Source of the DNA: Escherichia phage HY02
Length of the DNA stretch: 64,000 nt
Reading direction: 5' to 3' (one strand)
Sequence record: KM092515
The notes below the pieces were generated by a model. That model was not told the DNA's origin. It did no database searches and saw only the letters and a program-made list of their open reading frames with translations. The translations under genes and the position numbers were made by a program. Below, one piece after another: positions 5,996 to 14,054 of the stretch (position 1 is the stretch's first letter; each line of letters begins with the position of its first letter).

Positions 5996-6553
5996 ATGAG
6001 ATACTTGAAGTATGCTTCATGGATTTTCTTAGCTTTGCTAGAACCATTGGCAGCAATCTTAGCAGTTATCTTAGCACCTTTTGTAGTTCCATTTTACAGT
6101 GAGAAGAAAGGACACTTACCTTTTGGATTCAGATGGATGGAGACATATGACAACCTGATTGATGGTGATGAAGGTCACGTTAAAAGATGGGCTAAGATTA
6201 GAAAGATTGGTAAGCTTGGTGTCTATTTGCAGAGAGTTGGATGGCTCTGGAGAAACAAAGCTTATAACTTCTCTTACCATGTGTTAGGAAGAGATGTAAA
6301 AGATGTTACTAAGTGGAAAGGTAATATCAACGTAAGTTCTGACCCTGAAGATAATCAGACAGGTTATCTCCTAATGTGGAACAGTAATGCTTGGGGATTA
6401 TTCGCTTTTATCCCATCAATTAAAGTCTTTGGTAAACAATTCTACTGGAGAATTTATGTTGGATGGAAGCTAAAAAGTGTTGTCCCAGAAGAAAGAGCAT
6501 TCTCAAGGGAAAGAGTTATGTTGGCATTCTTTATTCATCCACTGAGAAAGTAA
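5996..6553 (+). CDS. hypothetical membrane protein embedded in the tRNA array
   Basis: 185-aa ORF with AAAGAGG RBS; strongly hydrophobic N-terminus (ASWIFLALLEPLAAILAVILAPFVVPF) and Trp-rich body; tRNAs on both sides. Confidence 0.6.
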   Translation: MRYLKYASWIFLALLEPLAAILAVILAPFVVPFYSEKKGHLPFGFRWMETYDNLIDGDEGHVKRWAKIRKIGKLGVYLQRVGWLWRNKAYNFSYHVLGRDVKDVTKWKGNINVSSDPEDNQTGYLLMWNSNAWGLFAFIPSIKVFGKQFYWRIYVGWKLKSVVPEERAFSRERVMLAFFIHPLRK

Positions 6554-6561
6554 AGATTTAA

Positions 6562-6637
6562 AGGGGATTAGTTTACAAGGTTAAAACCTCGGTCTTTGAA
6601 ATCGAAGAAGTTGGTTCAATTCCAACATCCCCCGCCA
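6562..6637 (+). tRNA. tRNA-Gln (anticodon TTG)
   Basis: Acceptor AGGGGAT/ATCCCCC (A1-C72 mismatch), anticodon stem TCGGT/ATCGA with loop CTTTGAA, T-arm GTTGG-TTCAATT-CCAAC, encoded CCA. Confidence 0.7.
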
Positions 6638-6639
6638 AT

Positions 6640-6718
6640 GCTCCATTACTCCAATTGGCAGAGAGGCCAGACTTAAAATCTGTGTTATGTATCGGTTCGA
6701 ATCCGATATGGAGTACCA
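6640..6718 (+). tRNA. tRNA with anticodon TAA (Leu-type anticodon, short variable arm; isotype uncertain)
   Basis: Acceptor GCTCCAT/ATGGAGT, anticodon loop CTTAAAA with a 4-bp stem, T-arm ATCGG-TTCGAAT-CCGAT, encoded CCA; 79 nt. Confidence 0.55.
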
Positions 6719-6723
6719 AATTT

Positions 6724-6799
6724 AGCGGTATAGCATAACTGGCAATGCAGCAGTCTCTGAAGCTGTCTTATTAAGGTTCAAATCCTTATGCCGCTGCCA
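6724..6799 (+). tRNA. tRNA-Gln (anticodon CTG)
   Basis: Acceptor AGCGGTA/TGCCGCT, anticodon stem GCAGT/GCTGT with loop CTCTGAA, T-arm TAAGG-TTCAAAT-CCTTA, encoded CCA. Confidence 0.7.
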
Positions 6800-6833
6800 C
6801 TTCTAAGGATTCTTACGAGAGTCCTTAGAAGTG
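6800..6833 (+). repeat. second copy of the GGATTCTTACGAGAGTCC hairpin motif flanked by CTTCTAAGG/CCTTAGAAG
   Basis: Direct comparison with 3696-3730; sits between tRNA-Gln and tRNA-His. Confidence 0.5.
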
Positions 6834-6906
6834 GCCTTATCATAAATGGTAATGACCCATGCTGTGAACATGGTCTATACGGGTTCAAATCCCGTAGGTC
6901 ACCCCA
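6831..6906 (+). tRNA. tRNA-His (anticodon GTG)
   Basis: Acceptor GTGGCCT/AGGTCAC, D-arm TCAT-AAATGGTA-ATGA, anticodon stem CCATG/CATGG with loop CTGTGAA, discriminator C73, encoded CCA. Confidence 0.75.
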
Positions 6907-6911
6907 ATTTA

Positions 6912-6988
6912 TAGTCCAAGTAGCTTATATGGTTAAAGCGCGTGTCTGAAAAACATGAGAAGAGGGTTCAAATCCCACTGGACTACCA
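6912..6988 (+). tRNA. tRNA-Phe (anticodon GAA)
   Basis: Acceptor TAGTCCA/TGGACTA, anticodon stem CGTGT/ACATG with loop CTGAAAA, T-loop GGTTCAAATCC; CCA only partly encoded. Confidence 0.7.
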
Positions 6989-7004
6989 ATTTCAAAGGTG
7001 CTTA

Positions 7005-7739
7005 ATGAAAGAGATGACAGAACAAGGTAAGGAGATTTTTAATCTCTTAAAAACTGGTAAAGGGTTTTCTAACCCCCTTATTACTGGTGCAGCAGTTCTC
7101 GGTGGAACCGTAGCTGCCTCTACATCACTTGTAAGCTCTATTAGCTCTGTATCAGACCCTACAGTAAAGGATAAGCTTGTTGCTGCTGGACTTACAACAG
7201 TTCTGCTTAACAGCTTTACCACGAGTCTGACAAGCACTACATCAACTACCAAAACACTAACAGATTACGGTCAAAAGTCCATTGATGAGTTTTCATCACG
7301 TATGCAGGTAGCAAAAGGTTACTCTAATGTTATGGGTGCAGCAGGTGAACAAGTTGGCTGTACACCATTTAGTGGTATTATGGGTGTTGCTACAGAGTAT
7401 GGTCAAAAAGCTATTGATACGATTAACAGTGCACTAGATAGTGTTAATGGTGTGTTAAGTGACTTACAAGATGCTATTGACAAAGGTCTTGATACTATTT
7501 CTGATTTAGCTGAGCAAGCTGTTAGTAAGATTAATGAAGGTATTTCAAAAATTACAGCTTATGCAGATGAAGTTGTGCAGATGATTGAAGAAGAAGCTGC
7601 TCTTATTGCAGAGTACCTTAAAACGAATATCAATGGGTTCTTAGCAGGTATCTTACCAGACTGGTTTGATGATGCTTGTAAAACTGGTGTGATTGACACT
7701 ATTGCAACACCAGAAATGAAGAACGCATTACAGAAATAA
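7005..7739 (+). CDS. hypothetical protein with Ser/Thr-rich segment (start moved downstream of tRNA-Phe)
   Basis: ORF 6942..7739 overlaps tRNA-Phe; the in-frame ATG at 7005 has an AAAGGTG RBS right after the tRNA 3' end. Confidence 0.55.
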   Translation: MKEMTEQGKEIFNLLKTGKGFSNPLITGAAVLGGTVAASTSLVSSISSVSDPTVKDKLVAAGLTTVLLNSFTTSLTSTTSTTKTLTDYGQKSIDEFSSRMQVAKGYSNVMGAAGEQVGCTPFSGIMGVATEYGQKAIDTINSALDSVNGVLSDLQDAIDKGLDTISDLAEQAVSKINEGISKITAYADEVVQMIEEEAALIAEYLKTNINGFLAGILPDWFDDACKTGVIDTIATPEMKNALQK

Positions 7740-7740
7740 T

Positions 7741-7833
7741 GGAAGATTAACCCTAAAAGGTAAGGGAGCAGTTTGCTAAACTGCCAGTAGCTGAGAAATC
7801 GGTGTACCAGTTCAAGTCTGGTATCTTCCTCCA
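7741..7833 (+). tRNA. tRNA-Ser (anticodon GCT), type II
   Basis: 93 nt; perfect acceptor GGAAGAT/ATCTTCC, anticodon stem GCAGT/ACTGC with loop TTGCTAA, long variable arm, T-arm ACCAG-TTCAAGT-CTGGT, encoded CCA. Confidence 0.8.
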
Positions 7834-7837
7834 ATTT

Positions 7838-7913
7838 GAATCCGTGACAGAAATGGCTATGTGCCTGTCTGCAAAACAGGTTTATAAGGGTTCGAGTCCC
7901 TTCGGATTCTCCA
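7838..7913 (+). tRNA. tRNA-Cys (anticodon GCA)
   Basis: Perfect acceptor GAATCCG/CGGATTC, anticodon stem CCTGT/ACAGG with loop CTGCAAA, T-loop GGTTCGAGTCC, encoded CCA. Confidence 0.8.
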
Positions 7914-7950
7914 AGTTATTTTACTCTCTCTCAATTAAAATAATAATAAT

Positions 7951-8010
7951 GCCCTGCTATAAGTATTCTTCCTTTCGCTACCGAAGAGTATTTTTAGACA
8001 GGGCTTTTTT
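7951..8010 (+). terminator. rho-independent terminator closing the tRNA array
   Basis: Long imperfect hairpin GCCCTG...TATTCTTC / GAAGAGTA...CAGGGC followed by TTTTTT. Confidence 0.6.
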
Positions 8011-8075
8011 ACAGAGTTATACTTTATAAGAAGCCTTATACAGTATGTCTCTGACGTACATTGTGGTTTCTCCTT

Positions 8076-8099
8076 GACGGTCTCTGTACCGTCTTTTTT
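8076..8099 (+). terminator. second tandem rho-independent terminator
   Basis: GACGGT-CTCTGT-ACCGTC hairpin followed by TTTTTT. Confidence 0.6.
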
Positions 8100-8135
8100 A
8101 AGGGGGAACATGATTAATTATTTGGAGAAAACATA

Positions 8136-8336
8136 ATGAGCGAAAACATCTATAAAGAACTTTATGAAGCTAATAAGAAGCTAGAATTTATGCAGAACAC
8201 TATCATGGCAATTGCAGATAGATTGTCTGTAGCAACAGGTATTGATATCAAAGAAGCCTCTATGGATGCACTTCTTGATGCTGTTGATGCAAAGTTCGAA
8301 GTTAAGAAAGAAGAGACTGCTACAGACTCTGAATAA
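8136..8336 (+). CDS. hypothetical protein directly upstream of large terminase
   Basis: 66-aa ORF with RBS; too small to call a small terminase from sequence alone. Confidence 0.55.
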   Translation: MSENIYKELYEANKKLEFMQNTIMAIADRLSVATGIDIKEASMDALLDAVDAKFEVKKEETATDSE

Positions 8337-8357
8337 TTCTATTTGCGGAGGTGCTTA

Positions 8358-9959
8358 ATGGACTTAAACGCTATTAAGCAGAAGCGAGTGGAAGATGTTA
8401 GGAAAGTCCTAGCTGGAGAGTTGGGGCTTTCTGATGAAGTAAAAGAAATTATTAAATCATTCGGTAAAGACCCCTCTAAATTCCTTCCAACTCAAATTCT
8501 GACTTTATTAAGATACACACCAGACCAAGTTAGACTTATCTTCAAATTAATGACTGATAAGAACTATGTAGCCCCTCAACCGGGTTCTCAAGAGGTGTTT
8601 TTAAATACTAATGCTGACTTGGTTTTATATGGTGGTGCTGCTGGTGCTGGTAAAACTGCTGCATTGTTAATGGACTCTTTAAGGTTTATTGAAGACCCTA
8701 ACTATAATGCTGTATATTTCCGTCGAAATACAACACAGTTACAAGGTGGTTTATGGCCTGCTGCAAAGAAACTATTTGGTAAGTTTGGTGGGGTTCCTCA
8801 CGAGCAGAAGATGACTATCACGTTCCCTTCTGGGGCAACTATTAAGTTCACCTACCTAGAACTTGAAAAGCACGCTGAAGGTCATCAGGGTATTGAATAC
8901 TCAGCTATCTACTTTGACGAAGGTACACACTTCTCTGCTTCACAGATTTCATACCTACAGACCCGTCTACGTTCTGGTGCTGAAGGTGATTCATACATGA
9001 AGATTTCTATGAACCCAGATAGAGACCACTTCATTTATGATTGGGTAGAACCATTCTTAGATGAAGAAGGTTACCCAGACCCTGAGAAGTGCGGTCGTAT
9101 TCGTTGGTATGTTATGAATGATGGTGTGATGGTTTCTGATTGGGAGAGAGACAAGATTCTTGAAATGTTCCCTCTTGAGATTCCTCAGACATACACCTTC
9201 ATCTCTGGTACGATTGATGATAACCCAATTCTTGACTTCTTAGAACCTAAATATCGTGGTAAGTTGGAAAACAACACACCTGTAAACGTTGCAAGACTTC
9301 GTTTCGGTAACTGGAAGGCTCGTGCAGAAGGTTCAAACTATTGGCAAAGACAATGGTGTGAGATTGTTGATTCACTACCAGAAGATGTGTTTGATGTCAG
9401 AGCATGGGACTTAGCAGCAACTTTACCATCTGAAATTAACCCTAACCCAGACTGGACAGCGGGTGTTAAGATGGGTAAATCTAAAAAAGACGGTTGCTAT
9501 TATATCATTGATGTAGTAAGATTTAGAGATAGACCCTCTGGAGTCGAAACACAAATTAATTTGACTGCTGAAAGTGACGGTAAGCGAACTGGTATTTTTA
9601 TCCCTCAAGACCCAGGCGCTGCTGGTAAATCCTATGCAACATCCCTCATCAGGAAACTTGCCGAGAAAGGTTATCGCGCAAGAGCTAAACCAACAAATAA
9701 AGATAAAGTTACCCGCTTTGCGGGATTTTCTGCTGCTTCTGAAGCTGGACTTGTAAAAGTCTTGAGAGGTAGTTGGAACGAAGCTTACTTTCAAGAACTT
9801 GAAGGCTTTTGTGGTGATGGTAAAACTAAAGATGACCAAGTGGATGCTACCAGTGATGCTTTCAACAGTCTTAACGAAGTTAAATTATTCAAGCCACCAT
9901 CAATGGGTGCTCACACAGACTTAGTGAGAGGAAACCCATATGAGGGGCTTAGACGTTGA
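8358..9959 (+). CDS. terminase large subunit
   Basis: Walker A LYGGAAGAGKT near the N-terminus of the ATPase domain, acidic FDEG Walker-B-like segment, C-terminal nuclease-like region; start set at the ATG with a GGAGGTG RBS. Confidence 0.9.
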   Translation: MDLNAIKQKRVEDVRKVLAGELGLSDEVKEIIKSFGKDPSKFLPTQILTLLRYTPDQVRLIFKLMTDKNYVAPQPGSQEVFLNTNADLVLYGGAAGAGKTAALLMDSLRFIEDPNYNAVYFRRNTTQLQGGLWPAAKKLFGKFGGVPHEQKMTITFPSGATIKFTYLELEKHAEGHQGIEYSAIYFDEGTHFSASQISYLQTRLRSGAEGDSYMKISMNPDRDHFIYDWVEPFLDEEGYPDPEKCGRIRWYVMNDGVMVSDWERDKILEMFPLEIPQTYTFISGTIDDNPILDFLEPKYRGKLENNTPVNVARLRFGNWKARAEGSNYWQRQWCEIVDSLPEDVFDVRAWDLAATLPSEINPNPDWTAGVKMGKSKKDGCYYIIDVVRFRDRPSGVETQINLTAESDGKRTGIFIPQDPGAAGKSYATSLIRKLAEKGYRARAKPTNKDKVTRFAGFSAASEAGLVKVLRGSWNEAYFQELEGFCGDGKTKDDQVDATSDAFNSLNEVKLFKPPSMGAHTDLVRGNPYEGLRR

Positions 9960-9975
9960 TAGCTAGGTGAGAAGA

Positions 9976-11442
9976 ATGGCAGAAATTACAGAAACACAAG
10001 AAAGCTTACCACCATTTAGAATGGGTGAAGTAGGTTCTTTGGGTCTGAAGGTTAAGAATGGTAGAATCTATGAAGAACCTCGTCAGGCACTAAGGTTCCC
10101 TGAAAGTATTAAAACTTTCCAATTAATGATGCGTGACCCTGCTGTAGCAGCATCTGTAAATATTATTAAGATGTTTGTCAGAAAAGTCAACTGGAGATTT
10201 GTACCTCCAAAGGGAAAAGAGCAAGACCCTAAAATGCTTGAAAGAGCAGACTTCTTTAATTCTTTAATGGATGACATGGAGCATGATTGGGCAGATTTTA
10301 TTAACTCTGTAATGTCATTCTGCACTTATGGGTTCTGTGTTAACGAAAAGGTTTATAAGAAACGTCAGGGTAAAAAAGGAAAGTACCAGTCAAAATTTGA
10401 TGATGGTCTAATTGGGTGGGCTAAATTACCAATCAGAAACCAGTCAACACTTGATAAGTGGTATTTTGACGAAGACTTTAGAAAAGTTACTGGTGTCAGA
10501 CAAAATCTAAGAAATGTTTCACATATTGCTGGAGCAATTAATCTTGGAGAAAGACCACTAACAAGAAAACTCCCACGAGCTAAATTCATGCTGTTTAAGT
10601 ATGATGATGAGTATGGTAACCCAGAAGGTCGTTCACCATTGCTTAATGCTTATGTACCGTGGAAGTATAAAGTACAGATTGAAGAGTATGAAGCTGTTGG
10701 TGTTTCAAGAGACTTAGTAGGTATGCCAAAGATTGGTTTACCACCAGATTATCTGGATGAAAATGCAGAACCTGAAAAGAAAGCTTTCGTACAATACTGC
10801 AAAACTGTTGTTAATGATATGATTGCTAACGACAGAGCAGGTTTAATCTGGCCTAGATATATCGACCCAGATACTAAAGAGGATATTTTCGAGTTCTCAT
10901 TAGTTTCTAGACAGGGTGCTAAAGCATATGACACAGGTTCTATCATTGACAGATATTCTAAGCAGATTATGATGGCATTTATGTCAGATGTTCTTGCTAT
11001 GGGTCAGTCAAAATACGGTTCATTCTCTCTTGCAGATTCTAAGACAAGCTTATTAGCAATGTCAGTAGATATTCTGCTGAAGCAAATTAAGAACGTAATT
11101 AACCGTGACTTAGTTGCACAGACTTATGCTCTTAATATGTGGGATGATGAAGAACATGTACAAATCACATATGATGATATCGAAACTCCAGACCTTGAAG
11201 CAATTGGTTCTTATATTCAGAAGACTGTTGCAGTAGGTGCTTTGGAAGTTGACAAAGAGCTATCTAACAAACTTAGAGAGCATATTGGTCTTCCTCCTGC
11301 TGATGAGTCTCAGCCAGTATCTGAAAAGCTTTCTCCAAATAGCCAAAGCCGCTCAGGAGATGGTTATAAGACCGCTGGAGAAGGTACTGCAAAGACACCT
11401 TCAGCGAAAGACCCAAGCACAGCAAATAAGGCAAATAAATAA
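9976..11442 (+). CDS. portal protein
   Basis: About 489 aa immediately after the terminase, with an acidic/low-complexity C-terminus; the track ORF begins at a GTG at 9967, the ATG at 9976 is preferred. Confidence 0.7.
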   Translation: MAEITETQESLPPFRMGEVGSLGLKVKNGRIYEEPRQALRFPESIKTFQLMMRDPAVAASVNIIKMFVRKVNWRFVPPKGKEQDPKMLERADFFNSLMDDMEHDWADFINSVMSFCTYGFCVNEKVYKKRQGKKGKYQSKFDDGLIGWAKLPIRNQSTLDKWYFDEDFRKVTGVRQNLRNVSHIAGAINLGERPLTRKLPRAKFMLFKYDDEYGNPEGRSPLLNAYVPWKYKVQIEEYEAVGVSRDLVGMPKIGLPPDYLDENAEPEKKAFVQYCKTVVNDMIANDRAGLIWPRYIDPDTKEDIFEFSLVSRQGAKAYDTGSIIDRYSKQIMMAFMSDVLAMGQSKYGSFSLADSKTSLLAMSVDILLKQIKNVINRDLVAQTYALNMWDDEEHVQITYDDIETPDLEAIGSYIQKTVAVGALEVDKELSNKLREHIGLPPADESQPVSEKLSPNSQSRSGDGYKTAGEGTAKTPSAKDPSTANKANK

Positions 11443-11942
11443 TGGCTGAAGTTATCTCTATTTCAAATGCTACACGAGTGCATTCGTATAGGGGTGTCCT
11501 TATCATTACTGATAAGCTATCTGTAGAGGCTGGCTCAAGGGTCAGCCTTTCAGGTTATGTTAGTGATGGTGGAATCTCTGACGTTTTCACTATTTGCAGG
11601 TTACTTGATGCACCAATGAGTGGAAAACCGTTTATTTCAGGAATTTGTAGTGAAATTGTTAAAATTCCATTTGACAGTTCATGCCTTTTGGGTGTAAAGT
11701 TATATAATTGCGAGAATAAACGTATCAATGTTAATAGCATTGAAGCCGCTTTCATTACCCTCGATACTGCATTTCAATCTCCAATGACAGTTAATAAAGA
11801 AACAAACAGACTTGAATACATTTTTTCACAAAATGATTACAAAGTACTTGTCAAAGGCAAAGTATATGATATGATTGTAAATGTGGTAGATGAATCTGGT
11901 AACCATTCAACAGTCCTTAAACAAAAAGTAAGGTTTAATTAA
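11442..11942 (+). CDS. hypothetical head-module protein
   Basis: ORF track; start overlaps the portal stop. Confidence 0.55.
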   Translation: MAEVISISNATRVHSYRGVLIITDKLSVEAGSRVSLSGYVSDGGISDVFTICRLLDAPMSGKPFISGICSEIVKIPFDSSCLLGVKLYNCENKRINVNSIEAAFITLDTAFQSPMTVNKETNRLEYIFSQNDYKVLVKGKVYDMIVNVVDESGNHSTVLKQKVRFN

Positions 11943-12274
11943 TGGGAACATTAACTATTGATGGTAAGAATAAAATCCTCGCCACGCTAACCCCAACGAC
12001 TATTATTTTACACAATGTAGACCCAACGGCAGACCCTACAGCAAATAAGGTTACTCAGCCAGTGGCTATTTATTTTTCTGAACCGGATAATGGCTTAATT
12101 GCCTCAGAAGACACAGTTAACATTACTGTTCCAGCTTCTGCAACGGTCTCACACTATAGCTTGTGGGATGCTAACGATAAATGCGTGGCAACTGGTGCTC
12201 TTAGCAAACCTCAATTCTTTGCTGAAGAAGGTATCTATGTTATCTCTTCAGTCTCTGTAGATTTAAACAAATAG
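11942..12274 (+). CDS. hypothetical head-module protein
   Basis: ORF track; ATG overlaps the preceding stop (ATGA coupling). Confidence 0.55.
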   Translation: MGTLTIDGKNKILATLTPTTIILHNVDPTADPTANKVTQPVAIYFSEPDNGLIASEDTVNITVPASATVSHYSLWDANDKCVATGALSKPQFFAEEGIYVISSVSVDLNK

Positions 12275-12285
12275 GGTGAGTAAAA

Positions 12286-13632
12286 ATGAGTTCGAATATC
12301 TTCAGACTTGCTGATAGATTATTCAACCAACCTTTACTAGCCACTGAATCATTAGCTCACTCAGCAGCAACTTATGTGAATAACAGATTGCTGGGTGATG
12401 TCCAAGCAGCAGTAAACTTTGATAAACCCAAAGGTGAAGCAAGAAGTCTTTTAAAAGTAAAAGATGATATTGCTATTATCCCCATTATGGGTGGTTTAAC
12501 CCATCGTATGACATTCATTGATGCAATGTGTACAGGTGGTTTAAGCTCTTATGAAGGTTTACGTAGAGGCTTTGACGAAGCTTTAGCAGATGAGTCAATC
12601 AAGACTATTGTTCTGCATATTGATTCCGGTGGTGGTGAAGCTTCAGGTTGCTTTGAATTAGCACGTCACATTATGGCTTCAAGAGGCCAAAAGAAAATTA
12701 TTGCTTATGTAGATGAGTTCGCTTGTTCCGCTGCATATGCTCTTGCATCTTCTGCTGAAGAAATTATTGCATCACCAGATGCAGATGTTGGTTCTATTGG
12801 TGTAATTATGGTTCATCAGGAATTAACTAAGGCATTTGAAAAGAATGGCGTAACAATTAACGTCATTAAAGCTGGTGAGTTTAAAGGTATGGGTTCACCA
12901 TTCCAAGCACTCTCAGAAGAAAGCAAAGAAAGACTTCAAAAGAGAATTAATGATACCTACGCAACCTTTACAGGTTTTGTAGCTGAATCTCGTAATCTTT
13001 CTGAAGAAGCTGTAAAGAATACTGAGGCGAATGTTTATTCTGCTCAGGAAGCTCTTGAACTTGGTTTAATTAACTCAATCATGTCTCAAGATGATTTCTT
13101 AAATTACTTACAAGGTTCTGAAGAGGCTCCTGTAAGTTTAAACGTTAACAATTCAGGTGAAGAAATGACTGAACAAGAAAAGCAAGAACTAGAAGCTTTG
13201 CGTCTTCAGGTTGCTCAAATGAAAGCTAAAGAACAGGAAGCTGCTTTGTCAGATTTGACTAATAAGATTTCTGCTTCTGCTGAAGCTTTTGGATTTGATG
13301 CAAAAGAAGCTGCAACGACTATTTTAGGTGCTGGTCTTGATAACCCTCTGAGTGTTCTGTTTATGAATGCTATGGAAGGTGCTAACCAGAAACTTAATGA
13401 AACTATCGCATCCCATGCTTCTGCAATGGAAGAAAAAGAATCAGAAATTACCAAGCTGAAAGAAACTGCTGGTGCTGTTCTTGAACATTCCAACGCTATG
13501 GAAGAAGTGGGTAATGACGGCGAAGCTGATTTGGTTGAAGAAGAAAAAGAACCAGCTAAAAATGCTTCCGAAGACACTGCTGAACAACGCAAACTGGCTC
13601 TCCAGAATGCTCTAAAATCTCTTATCAAATAA
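12286..13632 (+). CDS. prohead protease (S49/SppA-like) fused to a coiled-coil scaffold-like C-terminus
   Basis: S49-like motifs (VLHIDSGGGEASG; IIAYVDEFACSAAYALASSAEEIIASP...GSIGVIM) followed by an Ala/Glu/Lys/Gln-rich helical tail. Confidence 0.75.
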   Translation: MSSNIFRLADRLFNQPLLATESLAHSAATYVNNRLLGDVQAAVNFDKPKGEARSLLKVKDDIAIIPIMGGLTHRMTFIDAMCTGGLSSYEGLRRGFDEALADESIKTIVLHIDSGGGEASGCFELARHIMASRGQKKIIAYVDEFACSAAYALASSAEEIIASPDADVGSIGVIMVHQELTKAFEKNGVTINVIKAGEFKGMGSPFQALSEESKERLQKRINDTYATFTGFVAESRNLSEEAVKNTEANVYSAQEALELGLINSIMSQDDFLNYLQGSEEAPVSLNVNNSGEEMTEQEKQELEALRLQVAQMKAKEQEAALSDLTNKISASAEAFGFDAKEAATTILGAGLDNPLSVLFMNAMEGANQKLNETIASHASAMEEKESEITKLKETAGAVLEHSNAMEEVGNDGEADLVEEEKEPAKNASEDTAEQRKLALQNALKSLIK

Positions 13633-13643
13633 GGAACACAATA

Positions 13644-14021
13644 ATGGCATATCAAGGTTTTACTAAGTTAGGTAAAAGAGAACCTCTGAATGATATCATT
13701 CTTTGGGAACAGGTTACCCCAACAGGCCACTCTCGTAAAGAGTACACTCCAGTTGCTTCAACAGAATACCGTGTAGGTGAAGTTCTGAAAGCAGATGGTA
13801 CTAAAGTTACAGCAGGGCAAGAAGCTCAGGCTGATTCAGTATGTATCGTTAACTTTTATGCAGACTCACAACTGTCTTATCATGGTCAGTTGAAAGTTGT
13901 TGGTATTTACCGTGACGCAGAACTAAAAGACCTGCTTACTCTTGAATCAGATGTTGATGCTGATGAAGTCAAGAAAGCTCTGGCTGCTAAAGGTATTGAT
14001 TTCGTACCAACTGGCCTGTAA
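13644..14021 (+). CDS. putative head decoration protein
   Basis: 125-aa ORF between protease/scaffold and major capsid gene, the usual position for a gpD-like decoration protein; size and position only. Confidence 0.4.
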   Translation: MAYQGFTKLGKREPLNDIILWEQVTPTGHSRKEYTPVASTEYRVGEVLKADGTKVTAGQEAQADSVCIVNFYADSQLSYHGQLKVVGIYRDAELKDLLTLESDVDADEVKKALAAKGIDFVPTGL

Positions 14022-14054
14022 TAACAATAATAAGACATTCTGGAGAATTTTACA

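Noticed and set aside
7559-8029. ORFs 7559..7834 (minus) and 7802..8029 (plus)
   Set aside because: They overlap tRNA-Ser, tRNA-Cys and the tandem terminators; an artefact of open frames in structured RNA.
9423-9839. Minus-strand 138-aa ORF inside the terminase gene
   Set aside because: Antisense to the well-supported terminase large subunit gene.
13215-13655. Minus-strand 146-aa ORF antisense to the protease/scaffold gene
   Set aside because: It is embedded antisense in a strongly supported structural gene of a co-directional operon; typical shadow ORF from the Ala/Glu-rich scaffold region.
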